DNA of 64,000 bases from Natator depressus (lineage: Eukaryota). The notes under the pieces are model-generated. The model was not told the origin of the DNA, searched no databases, and saw only the letters and a program-made list of their open reading frames with translations. The stretch is taken from assembly GCF_965152275.1 (NCBI RefSeq), contig NC_134234.1, positions 39,330,920-39,394,919 on the forward strand. The letters are read 5' to 3'. Both the position numbers and the translations under genes were made by a program. Below, one piece after another: positions 1 to 12,289 of this stretch; position 1 is the first letter of the stretch; every line of letters starts with the position of its first letter.

Positions 1-249
1 GGGACACCCAGAGAGTGGGGGTCGTGTATCCCTGACCATCTTGGCTAGTAGCCATTGATGGACTTTTCTTCCATTAACTTATCTAATTCTTTTTTGAATC
101 CAGTTTCAGTTTTGGCTGTCACAACATCTTGTGGCAGTGAGTTCCACAGACTGTTTGTGTGAAGAAGTACTTCCTTTTGTTTGTTTTAAAACTGCTGCCT
201 ACTAATTTCATTGGGTGATCCCGGGTTCTTGTGTTATGTATAAGGCTCC

Positions 250-880
250 ATGTTTGTCACAGATTCCGTGACTTTCTGTGACCTCCATGACTTCTGCAGC
301 AGCTGGTGTGCCTGGCCTGGGGGCCGCCTGAGCAGCTCAGGTAGTCCCTGGGCCATTCGAATCGGCTGCTGCTGGGGCAGTCTCGCCCCCCCGCGCTCTG
401 CAGCAGGAGTTTTGGGGGGTTGGGGTGTGGGGCAGTGCTTACCTAGGGTGGGCTCCCCAGAACGTCTACAGGAACTCCTCTCCCTCAGTTCCTAGCTCCA
501 TGTGCCAACTCTGCTGGCAGACACCGCCCCAACAGCTCCCATTGGCCGCGGTTCCCAGCCAATGGGAGCTTTAGAACCGGGTATTGGGGCTGAGCGGAGG
601 CAGCATGTGGAGGTCGGGAGCCTGCCCCAGCCCCGCCAACCCTCCCCTTGAGCAGCTGCTGTGCCCCCCAACCGCACCCTCCCCCAGCACCCGCAGTGCC
701 CCCCAGGGCATTCCCCCAAGCCGCCCCCCCCCCCCCTCGCCTCCACCAAGTTTTAGTCAGGGGCATATAGTAAAAGTCATGTACAGGTCATGGGCTGTGA
801 ATTTTTGTTTAGTGCCCATGACATGTCTGTGACTATTACTAAAAATACCCAGGACTAAAACGCAGTAGTCTCTTTTCCAA
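250..880 (+). repeat. GC-rich interspersed repeat with a hairpin tail, copy A.
   Basis: It is homologous to 52380-52930, and both copies end ...gtgaatttttgtttag/acc..tgtctgtgact.ttactaaaaatacccaggactaaaacgcag. Confidence 0.55.
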
Positions 881-899
881 GCTGAATAGTTCCCTAGTC

Positions 900-1560
900 T
901 TTTTTAAAATCCATTCTCAAATGGAAGCTGTTCCATGCCCTTTTCTGTACCTATTCCAATTCTTATATTATCTTTTTTGAGAGAGGGTGACCATAACTGC
1001 ACACAGTATTCAAGGAGTGGGCATACTGTGGATTTAAATAGTGGCATTATGATATTTACTGTTTTATTATCTACCCCTTTCCCAATGGTTCCTAATACTC
1101 TTTTAGCTTTTTTGCTAGCAGCTGCACATTGAGCAGGTGTTTTCTGAGAACTATCCACAGTGACTCCAAGATCTTTGTGTGGCAACAGATCATTTAGACC
1201 ACATCATTTAAAATGTATAGTTGTGATTATTGTTTCCAATATGCATTACTTTGCATTTATCAACACTGAATTTCATTTGCCATTTTGTTTCACAGTCACC
1301 CAGTTTTGTGGGATCCCTTTGTAACTCTTCACAGTCAGCTTTGGACTTAACTATCTGGAGTAATTTTGTATCATCTGCAAACTTTGCCAACTCACTGTTT
1401 ACTCCTTTTTCTAGATCATTTATGAATATGTTGAACAGCACTGGTCCCAGTACAAATCCCTGGGGGACACCACTTTTTACCTCTCTCTGTTCTGAAAACT
1501 GACCATTTACTGCTACCCTTTGTTTCCTGTCTTTTAACCAATTACTGATCCATGAGAGGA
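900..1560 (-). mobile_element. CR1 LINE fragment (RT C-terminal region).
   Basis: The - strand ORFs carry FADDTKL....KCKVMHIG and LGVTVDSS...PLLEYCVQLWSP..KKD. Confidence 0.7.
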
Positions 1561-2589
1561 CCTCCCCTCTTACCCATTACTGCTTACTTTGCTTAAGAGC
1601 CTTTAGTGAGGAACCTTGTCAAAGTAGTGACATCATTTTATTTTTTAATATCTTAACTATTTAGGAGTACCTCTGAATAGCTTTTCTTTAAATATTTACA
1701 TCGTCCTCCAACAAAATTTGTGCATTGACCGATTTAGTTCTCTAACACCTTTATCTGCTTAAAAATGGAAGATAAGAAAAATGAAACCAAGGAAAATTTG
1801 AATTTGATTTGATTTTTCTTTGTCATCAGGAATGTCTTGTTTACCTTATTTGAGTCTCTACAAATAACTCCTCTGTAGTTAATCAGAAGTCATAGAAGGG
1901 CAGACTTGCAATTAGTTACCAAAATGTGAAGCCTAACTAAATCCTGTCTTGTTGTAGGAGTTGCTGTTATCTGACGCAGGGGCTCCTGTTTTGCCACCAT
2001 ATACAACACTAACACTACCTGTTCCAGGAGAACTTTTTCCTGTTAGTGTTAAGCACCTTGTGTCACCTAATGAGGTATATGTTATAAAAGTTGTTTAATA
2101 ACTGTTACAGGATATGACTGCCTCTTTCCAGTCTTGTGGACACTATCATGGAAATATCAGTGTCAGCATACAAGCATTTGTGGTTATAAGTTATTGATAA
2201 TTTAAATCTGTATCAGTTAATTAAATTACAGCATGTCAGATATTTATATAGTGGCTCAAATATTTGGGTGGCAGGAGTGTTTGAGAAATAAATAATCCTG
2301 TCTCTATTCTTTAAAAAATATTCTCAATGTCATGTTCACGTTATAGGCATGACCTTTAAAAAGCAGATGCCTCCTTGCACACACAAGCTATGCTGGCAGG
2401 AGTATATATTATAGTAGGATCACCCATTCTGGATAGGTCAAAGAGTAGGAGCCAGACTAAGGCAATCCACTAGCCCACCTGGTAGCAGGTTAAGAGTGGG
2501 CTAACAACCTACTCCTTTATAAAACAAAGTAATTACAGAAACCTATACAACTGCTCTGTTCAACAAACTCAATCCAACTTAATTCAAAT

Positions 2590-2992
2590 AGACCTAGAAG
2601 AGAGATGAAAACATGAAGTGGCCAAACCCCCAAGGAAGCTACTCTACTGATGAATTTGCTCTCTCCAAAATCCATTACCAAAATTGGTACGTGGAATGTG
2701 TGGACACTAACATGAGGCTGGTAAAACAGTCAAAGTAACAAAAGAAATGGGGAGATACAAATTAGATGTACTTGGCCTAAGTGAAATGAGATGGGTTATA
2801 TCAGGACAAATCACTTTGTCATCTGGACACATCCTACTATATTCTGGATTACCGAATGCCAGTGATATACACAGAGGTGGTGTGGGTCTGATAAAATCAA
2901 GGGGGGCAACTAAAAGCCTGATAGAATGGGCACCAGTTTCAAAAAGGATTAGAATAGTACAGTTTTCATCAAAGTTCCAGAAAGTGTCTGTT
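2590..2992 (+). mobile_element. RTE/L2-like LINE, 5' part, encoding the N-terminus of the AP-endonuclease domain. It is interrupted by the DIRS insertion.
   Basis: Translation in this region reads IGTWNVWTL..GRYKLDVLGLSEMRWVISGQITLSSGHILLYSG..GVGLI..WAPVSKRI..KVSVQC. This is the L1/RTE EN-domain pattern through the QCYAPTN box. Confidence 0.6.
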
Positions 2993-3354
2993 CAGTGTTG
3001 TTCTTCTTCAAGGGGTTGTTCACATCCATTCCACATTAGGTGTGCACGCACTGTGTGCACAAGCGTTGGAAAGTGTTTCCCTTAGCGGCTCCCTGTGGGC
3101 CCCCCGAGTGGCACCACTGCGCCCCGCCTGTATACCCACGCCGGCCCAACCCCCTCCAGTTCCTTCTTACCGTCTGTGGCGACGTTGGAACAACCTCTCT
3201 CTCTCTGGTAGAAGAGCAGTCCCTTAGCCTTAGAGTAGCTGTTATCAGTTCGTTTACATATGGATTGTGAACACTTATGTGATTAGGTGCTTGGAGGCCT
3301 CCAGCACTGGCCCTGGGCCGCGGGGCATGCCACAGGCCCACAGCTTCAAGGCTT

Positions 3355-4928
3355 GTGCCACGTGCCGCAAACCTACGCCAGTTAGTGACCCCCCACGACT
3401 CGTGTCTACGTTGCCTGGGGGACGGACATCAAACTGAAAGGTGTCGGATTTGCAAGGCGTTCAAGCCAAGGACAGGGAAAGAAAGAGACTTTCGACTAAA
3501 GCAACTGTTGATGGAGGCCGCATTGCAGCCAACAGGCCCGGAGTGCCCAATGCTGGCTCAGGCTTCCTCAGTGCATAGTGCCCCGGAGCCGTCGGGAGAC
3601 CCGGCACTGACAAAGCACCGTAAACTGACGGAGTGCCTGGCGAGGCCCCAGCACCGATCGTCCTTCCCCGTGTGGCCCCCGGCACAGCCTAAAGGAAGGC
3701 ATGGCCTCCCAAGGCACCGAGCACCGACAAGAGTGGGAAGGCTGCTGTACCGGCACTGACACAGGCTGTCCTGGCGGTACAAGCCCCACTGAGCCCAGAC
3801 CTAAGTGAGCTCAGTGTGGATGATGGGCTCGAGGGCATAATGGATCAGCCCTCTATGCCTGGCACCTTTGAGGCCACAAAGGACCTCATCGAGCTGTTGG
3901 CGGCGAGCCCGGTGCCATCCCATGGACTCCCGCCCCGGCCTGAGCCCGGGGCCCCTGCCACGGGAGATGGGGAGCAGGAGGACCAACCAGAGGGGTTGAG
4001 CAGCAGCTAACCTCCTCATCTTCCCCCGATGAGGCGGTGGCGGGTACAGAGGTATCCGGCCCTCCACCAATAGACCATAGAGCCCACCAGGAACTGCTGC
4101 GCAGAGTTGCCAAATATTTGGCGTTGCAGGCCGAGGAGACAGTTGAGCAGGAGGACCACATGGTGGACATTTTGAGCCCTGAAGGGCCATCCAGAATAGC
4201 ACTCCCGCTCATTAAGACCATTCAGTCTAACTATAAGACTATATGGCAGACCCCGGCCTCTAGCACTCCAACGGCTAAAGGAGTGGAACGTAAATACTTT
4301 GCCCTGTCTAAGGGCTATGAGGTGCTATTCTTCAGTGCATGCTCCCTAGTGGTTTCAGCGGTGAACAAAAGGGAGTGCCATGGACAGCAGGCCCTGGCCC
4401 CTAAGGCCAAGAAGGCAAAAACGCCTGGACCTTTTTGGTAGAAAGGTACACTCATCTGGGGGCCTTCAGTTGATTATTGCTAACCAGCAGGCCATCCTCA
4501 ACAGGCACAATTTCAACTCCTGGGTGGCTCTGGGGAAGTTGAAGGACAACCTCCCACAATGTTCCCAACAGGAGTTCACAGCCCTGGTGGAGGAGGGAAA
4601 GGCAGTAGCCAAGACCTCTCTCCAGGCTTCTTTGGATTCGGCAGATGTGGCGGCTAGAACAATCGTGTCAGGGGTGGTCATGAGGCGCTCGGCATGGCTC
4701 CAGGAGTCAGGCCTGCCCCCCGAGGTCCAGAATACACTCCAGGACCTCCCCTTTGAAGGGTCTGGGCTCTTCCCGGATCAGACAGATGCGAGGCTGCATA
4801 GCCTCAAGGACTCGCGAGCTACGCTCAAGTTGCTGGGTATGCACACCCCCGCAACCCAGAGGAAGCCTTTTAAGCCCCCTCAACGCCAGTACCAGCCTCG
4901 CCATAGGCATGAACCTTACCGTAGATGA
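3355..4928 (+). pseudogene. DIRS copy 1 gag-like ORF1, split by about 2 frameshifts (3355-3759, 4037-4441, 4380-4928).
   Basis: The Cys/His-knuckle-like motif CLRCLGDGHQTERCRICKAF is followed by LKQLLMEAAL. The homologous region of copy 2 reads CLKCIGEAHIKDRCMICRSF...LKALLMEAAL. Confidence 0.55.
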
Positions 4929-4964
4929 GGCAGGGATAACAGGCAACGGCGCAACAACAATAAT

Positions 4965-6185
4965 GTGCTGGGCCAGAGCCAAGACCAGCACAAACCCCAG
5001 CCGGGCACTAAGCCAGGCTTTGAAGGTGCGCTCAAGGACAGCGTACCAGACCAGTCACCTGATCCGTCCCTTTGCTTCCTGAACCGCCTATCCTGTTTCT
5101 CCCATGCTTGGTCCAACATTACGTCGGACCGTTGGGTCTTACACACGGTACGGAACGGGTACTCGCTGCAGTTCACCTCCCTCCCCCCCTCCAACCGCTC
5201 TTCCCTGTCCCTCTTCAGGGACCCCTCTCACGAGCATCTCCTAGAGGAGGAAGTCCGCTCGCTGCTACGGGCGGGGGCGGTAGAGGCAGTGCCTCACGGC
5301 CTCAGGGGAAAAAGGTTCTACTCCCGGTACTTCCTCATCCCCAAGGCCAAAGGGGGCCTTCGCCCAATCCTAGACCTGCGCGGGCTCAACAAATTCCTGG
5401 TCAAGGCCCACTTCCGCATGGTCTCTCTGGGCACCATCATCCCTTCCCTGGATCCGGGAGACTGGTACGCCGCTCTCAACATGAAGGACGCATGCTTTCA
5501 TATCGCCATTTTCCCAGCACATTGGTGGTTCCTACGCTTCACTGTGGGCCGAGAACATTATCAGTTTGCGGTTCTCCTGTTCGGTCTAGCCGCAGCCCCA
5601 AGGGTGTTCACGAAGTGCATGGCGGTGGTGGCCTTCTTATGGAGGCAGAGAATCCGGGTGTACCTGTACCTCGACGACTGGCTCCTGGTGGGCCACTCCA
5701 AGGCGGAGGTGTGGGGCCATGTGGAGGTGGCCCTGAGATTGTTCCACAAGCTGGGGCTCCTGGTCAACATCCCCAAGTCCACGCTCATACCCACGCAGAG
5801 AGTGGAATTCATGGGGGCAGTCTTGGATGTGGTGCAGGCCAGGGCAAGCCTTCCGGTATCCCGATTCCAGGCTATCCAACAAGCAGTGGCCTCCCTGCGC
5901 CAGTTTCCAACAACAACGGCCAGGTGCTGCCTGTGGCTGGTGGGCCACATGGCAGCACGCACGCACGTGGTCAGGCATGCCAGACTGAGACTCAGGATTC
6001 TGCAGGCGTGGCTCGCTCAGGTGTACTGCCCAGGCAGGGACCCCCTGGAGTTGGTAGTGACAGCCCCAAGGGATGTGCTGGACTCCCTGCTGTGGTGGCA
6101 GTCCCAGCCTGTGGTTTGCGAAGGCATCCCCTTTGCCGCCCCACATCCGGACCTGACGCTGGTGACAGACATGTCAGACCAGGTG
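4965..6185 (+). CDS. DIRS copy 1 reverse transcriptase.
   Basis: The ORF at 4965..6497 carries RPILDLRGLNKF, the FGLAAAPRVFTK motif, and the YLYLDDWLL (YxDD) catalytic box near 5661-5690. The frame is lost near 6185-6210, where the RNase H ORF takes over in another frame. Confidence 0.75.
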
Positions 6186-6207
6186 GGGGGCTTACCTGGG
6201 GGACCTC

Positions 6208-6786
6208 ATGACGCAGGGGTTGTGGCCCGAGGCAGAGTGGTCGCTCCATATCAACGTGAAGGAGCTCAGGGCGGTTCGACTCACCTGCCAGACCTTTCAT
6301 GCCACTCTGAGTGGTCACAGCGTGACGGTTCTGACAGACAACACTACTGCCATGTTTTATGTAACGCCACTCTGTTGCGAGGCTCTCCTCCTCTGGGACC
6401 TTTGCATAGCCTATGCGATTCACCTCGAGGCGTCCTATCTCCCGGGGGTACGGAACGAGCTGGCGGACTCCCTCAGCAGGTCGTACCGCATGCATGAGTG
6501 GACGCTCAGGGCGGACGTCATGCTTTCGCTCTTCCGCAGGTGGGGCTTTCCCCGGGTAGATCTGTTTGCCACCAGGGCCAACGCCCAGTGCCCGCGGTTC
6601 TGCTTGTTCCAGGGCCTCAGCCTGGGCTCACTCGCAGACGTATTTGCGATCCCGTGGAGAGGGGGCTTGATGTATGCCTTCCCCCCGCTCCCCTTGGTGC
6701 ACAAGGTCCTGCTCAAGGTGCGCAGGGACAGGTCGGTGGTGATCCTCATCGCCCCAGCCTGGGCCCGCCAACACTGGTACACATAG
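6208..6786 (+). CDS. DIRS copy 1 RNase H domain ORF.
   Basis: The sequence GLWPEAEWSLHINVKELRAVRL...VTVLTDNTTAMFYV...LADSLSR has the DIRS-type RNase H signature. Confidence 0.65.
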   Translation: MTQGLWPEAEWSLHINVKELRAVRLTCQTFHATLSGHSVTVLTDNTTAMFYVTPLCCEALLLWDLCIAYAIHLEASYLPGVRNELADSLSRSYRMHEWTLRADVMLSLFRRWGFPRVDLFATRANAQCPRFCLFQGLSLGSLADVFAIPWRGGLMYAFPPLPLVHKVLLKVRRDRSVVILIAPAWARQHWYT

Positions 6787-6899
6787 CTCCTAGAGCTGTC
6801 GGTGGACGCCCCAGTAGTCCTGCCCCTACACTGGGACCTCATTGCACAGGACGGCGTGCGGCTTCTCCACCCTGACCTGCAGTCACTGCACCTGATGGC

Positions 6900-7930
6900 A
6901 TGGAGGCTCTGTGGCTAAACGCCCTGCAGAGCCAGTGCTCCCTTCCTGTGCAGCAGATTCTGCTTGGCACTGGAAAGCCCTCTACCAGGGCAGCCTATAT
7001 GGCCAAGTGGAAAAGATTCTCGTGTTGGTGTGAACCCCGACAGGTGCAGCCAGGCCCCGGTGCAGGCCATTCTGGAGTACCTCCTGCACCTCAAGCAGCA
7101 AGGGCTAGCCCCGTCCTCACTCAGAGTGCACCTGGCGGCTATCTCCGCCTTCCATCCAGGGTTCTCGGGGGGCTTGGTGTTTTCCCAACCAATGGTGGGG
7201 CAGTTCCTTAAAGGGTTGGAGAGGGTGTTCCCATACTCCCGCCCCCCAGTCCCTCCATGGAACCTTAATCTGGTCTTTTCTAAACTCATGGGACCCCCTT
7301 TCGAGCCCCTCACTACCTGTTCTCTCCTCCACCTTTCCTGGAAGGTGGCGTTTCTGGTTGCCATTACCTCAGCTAGAAGGGTGTCCAAACTGAGGGCCCT
7401 CACCTCTGAGCCACCATACACAGTATTTCACAAGGACAAGGTGCAACTCCAGCCGCACCCCAAGTTCCTCCCTAAGGTGGTGTCCCAATTCCATCTGGGC
7501 CAGGACATTTGTCTGCCGGTGTTCTTCCCGAAACCCCATACGGACCCGCGTCACCGCAGCTTGCACACCTTGGATGTGCGTCGAGCGCTGGCGTTCTATT
7601 TGGAGTGCACCAAGCCCTTTTGCAAATCCACGCAGCTGTTTGTGGCTGTGGCCAAGAGGTTAAAAGGCCTTCCAGTGTCGGCGCAGCAGATTTAGTCTTG
7701 GATTACAAGCTGCATCCTGGCGTGTTATGAGCTCGCAGGTGTTCCAGCCCCGGCGGTTACAGCCCACTTGACCAAGACGCAGGCGACTTCCACGGCGTTC
7801 CTAGCACAGGTCCCGATCCAGGAGATCTGCAGAGCAGCCACGTGGTCCTCAGTGCACACCTTCACGGCCCACTATGCGGTCAACCAGCAGGCCAGAGAGG
7901 ACGCGGCAGTTGGCAGAGCGGTCCTCCAAG
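6900..7930 (+). pseudogene. DIRS copy 1 tyrosine recombinase (phage-integrase-like), frameshifted into 3 pieces.
   Basis: The N-terminal SAM-like domain reads MAKWKRFSCWC...ILEYLLHLKQQGLAPSSLRVHLAAISAFH. The C-terminal catalytic region at 7700-7930 reads ...QATSTAFLAQVPIQEICRAATWSSVHTFTAHYAV, which places the catalytic Tyr in HxxxHY context. Confidence 0.65.
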
Positions 7931-8321
7931 CAGTTGTTCCATGACTCCTACCCTCCAGAGGTAAGCTTGTAATTCACCAAATGTGGAATGGATGTGAACA
8001 AGCATTTGAAGAAGAAAAAATGGTTACTTACTTTCTCGTAACTGTTGTTCTTTGAGATGTGGTGTTCACGTCCATTCCACCACCCACCCTCTTACCCCTC
8101 TGTTGGAGTCGCCTGCAAGAAGGAACTGGAGGGGATTGGGCCGGCGGCAGAATATATGTGGGGCTCAGTGGCGCCACTCGGGGGGCCCGCTGGCCTGACA
8201 GGAGCTGCTAAGGGAAAAAGTTTCTGACGCTTGTGCATGCGATGCACACACACCTAAAGTGGAATGGACGTGAACAACACCTCTCGAAGAACAACAGTTA
8301 TGAGAAAGTAAGTAACTGTTT

Positions 8322-10300
8322 TTTCTCCAACAAATCAAACTAACCAAGAGTAAAACAAAAAAAACCCACCAACCACCTTGTACAAGCAACTACATAACAA
8401 ACTAGATAAAATCCCCTCCTAGTAACTGGAGAAATTAATGCTAAAGTAGGGAGCAACAACACTGGCAGGGAAGTAAATATGGGGAAACAAGGCCTTGGGG
8501 AAACAAATTAAAATGATTAAATGTTTGCTGATTTTTGTGGAATGAATGATCTGGTCATTGGAGGAACCATCTTCCCTCACCATACTATTCATAAAATAAC
8601 TTGAAGGTCAGCAGATCACAGAACAGGAAACCAAATTACATTATACCAACAAAACAAGGAACCAAACCACATTACAATTCTGCACAAATGTAATAGAACT
8701 TCAGAAGATGTAGGTAGCAGGAATGGGACAGGTGTGAGAATGGACCACACACTAACTAAATTGAGAATAAAAATAAAACCAAAGAATAGATCTGAACAGC
8801 AGAGACACCACATTATAAGGTCACCCAACTAAAATGCAGCAAGACTTTAGAATTGCTCTAGCAAATAGATACCAGGTGCTTGAAGATGAGACAATAGAAA
8901 GCAAATGGAAACAGGTAAAGGATACTTTCACTAAAACATGTAAAGAAATGCTGGGATTCAGGAAGAAACATCACAATGAAAGGATATATGAGAGGAAAGA
9001 TGCAAAATTAAACTGAAACAAAAACACAGACACACTGACTCCAGGAAGAATATGCAGTAAAGAACAAAGAGGACAAAATAGTGTTAGGAAAGGCAAATGA
9101 AACTTTGTAGACGAAATAGCAAGAGATGCACAAACTGCTGCAGCACACAATGACATGAAGACACTGTACAACATCATTAAACAGTTATCAGGAAGAATGT
9201 TCCAAGTAAGATAATTACATATTATAAAGAATAGGAGTACTTGTGGCACCTTGGAGACTAACCAATTTATTTGAGCATAAGCTTTCGTGAGCTACAGCTC
9301 ACTTCATCGGATATATGCATCCGATGAAGTGAGCTGTAGCTCACGAAAGCTTATGCTCAGATAAATTGGTTAGTCTCTAAGGTGCCACAAGTACTCCTTT
9401 TCTTTTTGCAAATACAGACTAACACGGCTGTTACTCTGAAACCTGATATTATAAAGAATAAAGAAAGCGATAGATTCAAGGTAAGAAGAAGAATAGGCAG
9501 GATTCAGACAGGAGAGATCATGTATAGATCAAATAGTAATCCTACATAGCATCATAGAACTTGTGATCTAATGACAGAAGTTAGAGGACCTTGACTTTGC
9601 AGATGACATTAACTTGCTATCCCATTCTCATAGAGACATGAGTGCCAAAACAAATGATTTACAGGCCTATCCACAAGTAGTAGGATTGAAAATCAACAGT
9701 GTAAAAACTTAGTCATGAGAATCAACACACAACAAGAAACACCAGTTGCATTTTCTGGGGCCGACCTAGATGAAATCCGATATATCACATACCTTGTCAG
9801 CATTTTAAGTACAACAGATGGAATAGAGGAAGACATTAAAACCAGAATAGTGAAAGCAAGATGTATTGTTGTAACTACAGTCGATCTGGAGAAACAGAAA
9901 TCTTACGCTCCAACTAAACTTCAAATATTTAACCATTATAAAATCAGTCTTGCTACATGGTGTTGAAACTTGGAGACTTATGAAAAACTTTACTATCTAA
10001 ACTCTGTCTTCATCAACAGCTGCCTTAGACAAATCCTCAATATTAGATGGGCAGAAAAAATCACAAGCAACAAACTCTGAAGGAGGATGAAACAGAAGCC
10101 AGTAGGACTGGAAATTACAGAACAAAAATGGAGATGGCTAGGACATTCATGAAGGGAAAGACCCAATAACATAACAAGATAGGCATTGAACTGGAACCCC
10201 CAGGGCAGGAGGCAGTGAGTTAGAACCACAACAGAAGCAGAATTGAAACCTATCTGAATAAAGTGAAAAGAAGCAAAGACTGCCACAGGAGACTAGCAAA
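8322..10300 (+). mobile_element. RTE/L2-like LINE, continuation. It covers the rest of the EN domain and the RT C-terminal region, and itself carries a hairpin insertion at 9240-9420.
   Basis: It resumes exactly with ..SPTNQ...FY.QL...LDKIP...LVTGEINAKVG...GETN. Further on come HKITWRSADHRTGNQID and a 3' RT tail (..LRQILNIRWAEKITSNKL..LGHS). Confidence 0.6.
9240..9420. repeat. Hairpin (palindromic) PLE-terminal-repeat element, inserted in the RTE LINE.
   Basis: The palindrome is near-perfect, with centre ...catcggatatatgcatccgatg..., and carries the family tail cagactaacacggctg..actctgaaac. Confidence 0.7.
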
Positions 10301-12289
10301 GATGGAAGGCCGTGGTGAAAGCCCTATGTTCCACATGAAATACAGAGGTGTAAGAGAAGAAAGAAACTTGCACTCACAGATGTTCCCTCAGAAATGTATT
10401 TGGACTATGGGACGACTTGTTGTTGTTGTTTTTTTTTTTTTTTCAACCCGGTCTGATTTTTTTTTTATTATTATTCATTTGATGTAATAGACAATAAGTA
10501 ATTGGATTTGATCACTGTGGCAGCATACTGATTTCCTCTCCTGTATTTTCCTTCTTATATTGAAGTGGTGAAACATTCTTATGCCACAATGTTCTGTTTT
10601 GTGGGCTTTTAGTATATTACCATTTTTCTTTTGTTGGCTTCCTATTCAGCATTTTTTTTCCTCTCAGTCCACACAGCTGCTCCTGGTACTGCCCCTTCTG
10701 GACAAGGGCCTAATCTTATGCCCACTGTAATCAAATGAAAGACTCCCACACACTTCAGTGAATTTTGGATCAGACCCCAAACCACATACCAGTGAGAAGC
10801 TGGTTCAGTCATAAAATCTGAAGGAGGGATTGGTTTACATTGAGCTATTAAAGTTATGTTGCTTGGTAAATCTATCAGTGGCTCTGTTACTCTCTTTAAT
10901 GACTCTTTTTGTATACTGCTCTAGCTTTCTACATGAAACCATGGAAGTTTCTTGGTAGAGCTAATGGTGTTAAAATATAAGACTGAATTTAGAACGTGAT
11001 GTTAAGGTGCTTAAATACCTTAGTGATGGGCTTCCAGTTTAAGAATTAAAATAGAATATATATTCTTAATTTAATTATCTAACAAATGCTTTTGGTTCCT
11101 TGTCCATGAATAAGCTGAACGTCTATATGCTTTTGATCAGGATAAATATTCCATTATAAAGCCACTGCTAGAAACTCTACTCATATTCCTTTAATTTTGG
11201 GCAGCAGTTATGTATATGCAACGTCAGTATGAAATGCATTACCATGATTAGAAAAGTAATAGTACGTTGTAATTAGAATCTTTCTTAATCAAGGGTGGAT
11301 GGTAATGGTGAGTTCTTTTCCAAATTCTGTCCCCTGTCTATATTCTACAACATGGGTATGCATGCACTCCATATGCCTGCGACTGGAGATTTGATGCAGA
11401 CCATAGCTTCGTATATTAATGAAAGTTTATCTCTCTGTATTACAATTATTTGCTTATTTATACTGATGCACACATTTATACTAGTAGGCCATATTAAAAA
11501 TAAAATTTAGATGAAATAGAATGTTTTCATGCTTTGCAAGAGAGGGAAACCATTTTAGAAGTTTTTTCCATGAATTTCAGATTGAATCTGTTTAAATTTT
11601 AATTTTCCATAGTGGCAAATCCAGAGGAGTGGGAGGGAATCCTGAATTAGACCAAGCCTCTGTGGAAGTCTAACACCTGCACACTTTCGTATATGCAGGG
11701 CTTATGTTACCATGGTTAGAAGGTGTGGCATTAATAAGTAGTAACTGGTTGCCTTGAACTAAACCCTGAGTAGTAAAATGTAAAACTAATTTTAAGGTGT
11801 GGAGGAAAGAAGAATTAGGGGGGTGGGGCAGTGTTTCTTAGTGACAAATCTTTCCAAGATAAAAACCGTTATCCTCTTAATATCCCTTGATCACTTATTA
11901 CACGTGGCAGTTAATTCTGATGTGTCTGTGAAAGCTGTAATCTTTGTCTTTTATAAAACTCTTCTGCCTTTTTTAGATGTACATTTGCCTTGAATCAGCA
12001 GAGGGCCTTAACCAGCAGAGCGATACAGAAGATAGTGGTGTCAGCTGGGATTTGGAATCTGAGAGTCTAGATCAAGTCCTGAAGCACTGTAATCAGAATG
12101 TGGAGTCTCTTCCTTTTCTAACAGATTTTAGAACAGGTATTTTTGCAAATTTGTTTGCCCTGTTATACCTTACAGAAGTACAAACCTATTGAGTAAATAC
12201 TTCTATTTTATGTGTGTCTATATTTTTAAATAAAACTTAAAACTATAAATTCTTTTGGGAGTGTCAGAGTCACAAGAGACAATAGTGGT

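Larger units (their letters stand above)
2993..8321 (+). mobile_element. Near-intact DIRS-like (tyrosine-recombinase) retrotransposon, copy 1, about 5.3 kb.
   Basis: Inverted terminal repeats sit at about 2993-3050 (gtgttgttcttcttcaaggggttgttcacatccattccacattagg) and 8236-8321. An internal complementary region at about 7975-8082 is complementary to both outer termini. The ORF order is gag, RT, RNase H, YR, which is diagnostic of the DIRS order of retroelements. The element makes no target-site duplication, as expected. Confidence 0.8.

Noticed and set aside
2747-3085. The 112-aa ORF MGRYKLDVLGLSEMRW..., which could be taken for a host exon.
   Set aside because: It is the N-terminal AP-endonuclease domain of an RTE/L2-like LINE, and it reads through into the DIRS ITR.
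5072-6211. A 379-aa ORF (Gly/Pro/Arg-rich) overlapping the DIRS RT.
   Set aside because: It is the alternative reading frame of the GC-rich RT gene. It has no domain signature, and the RT frame (4965..6497) explains the region.
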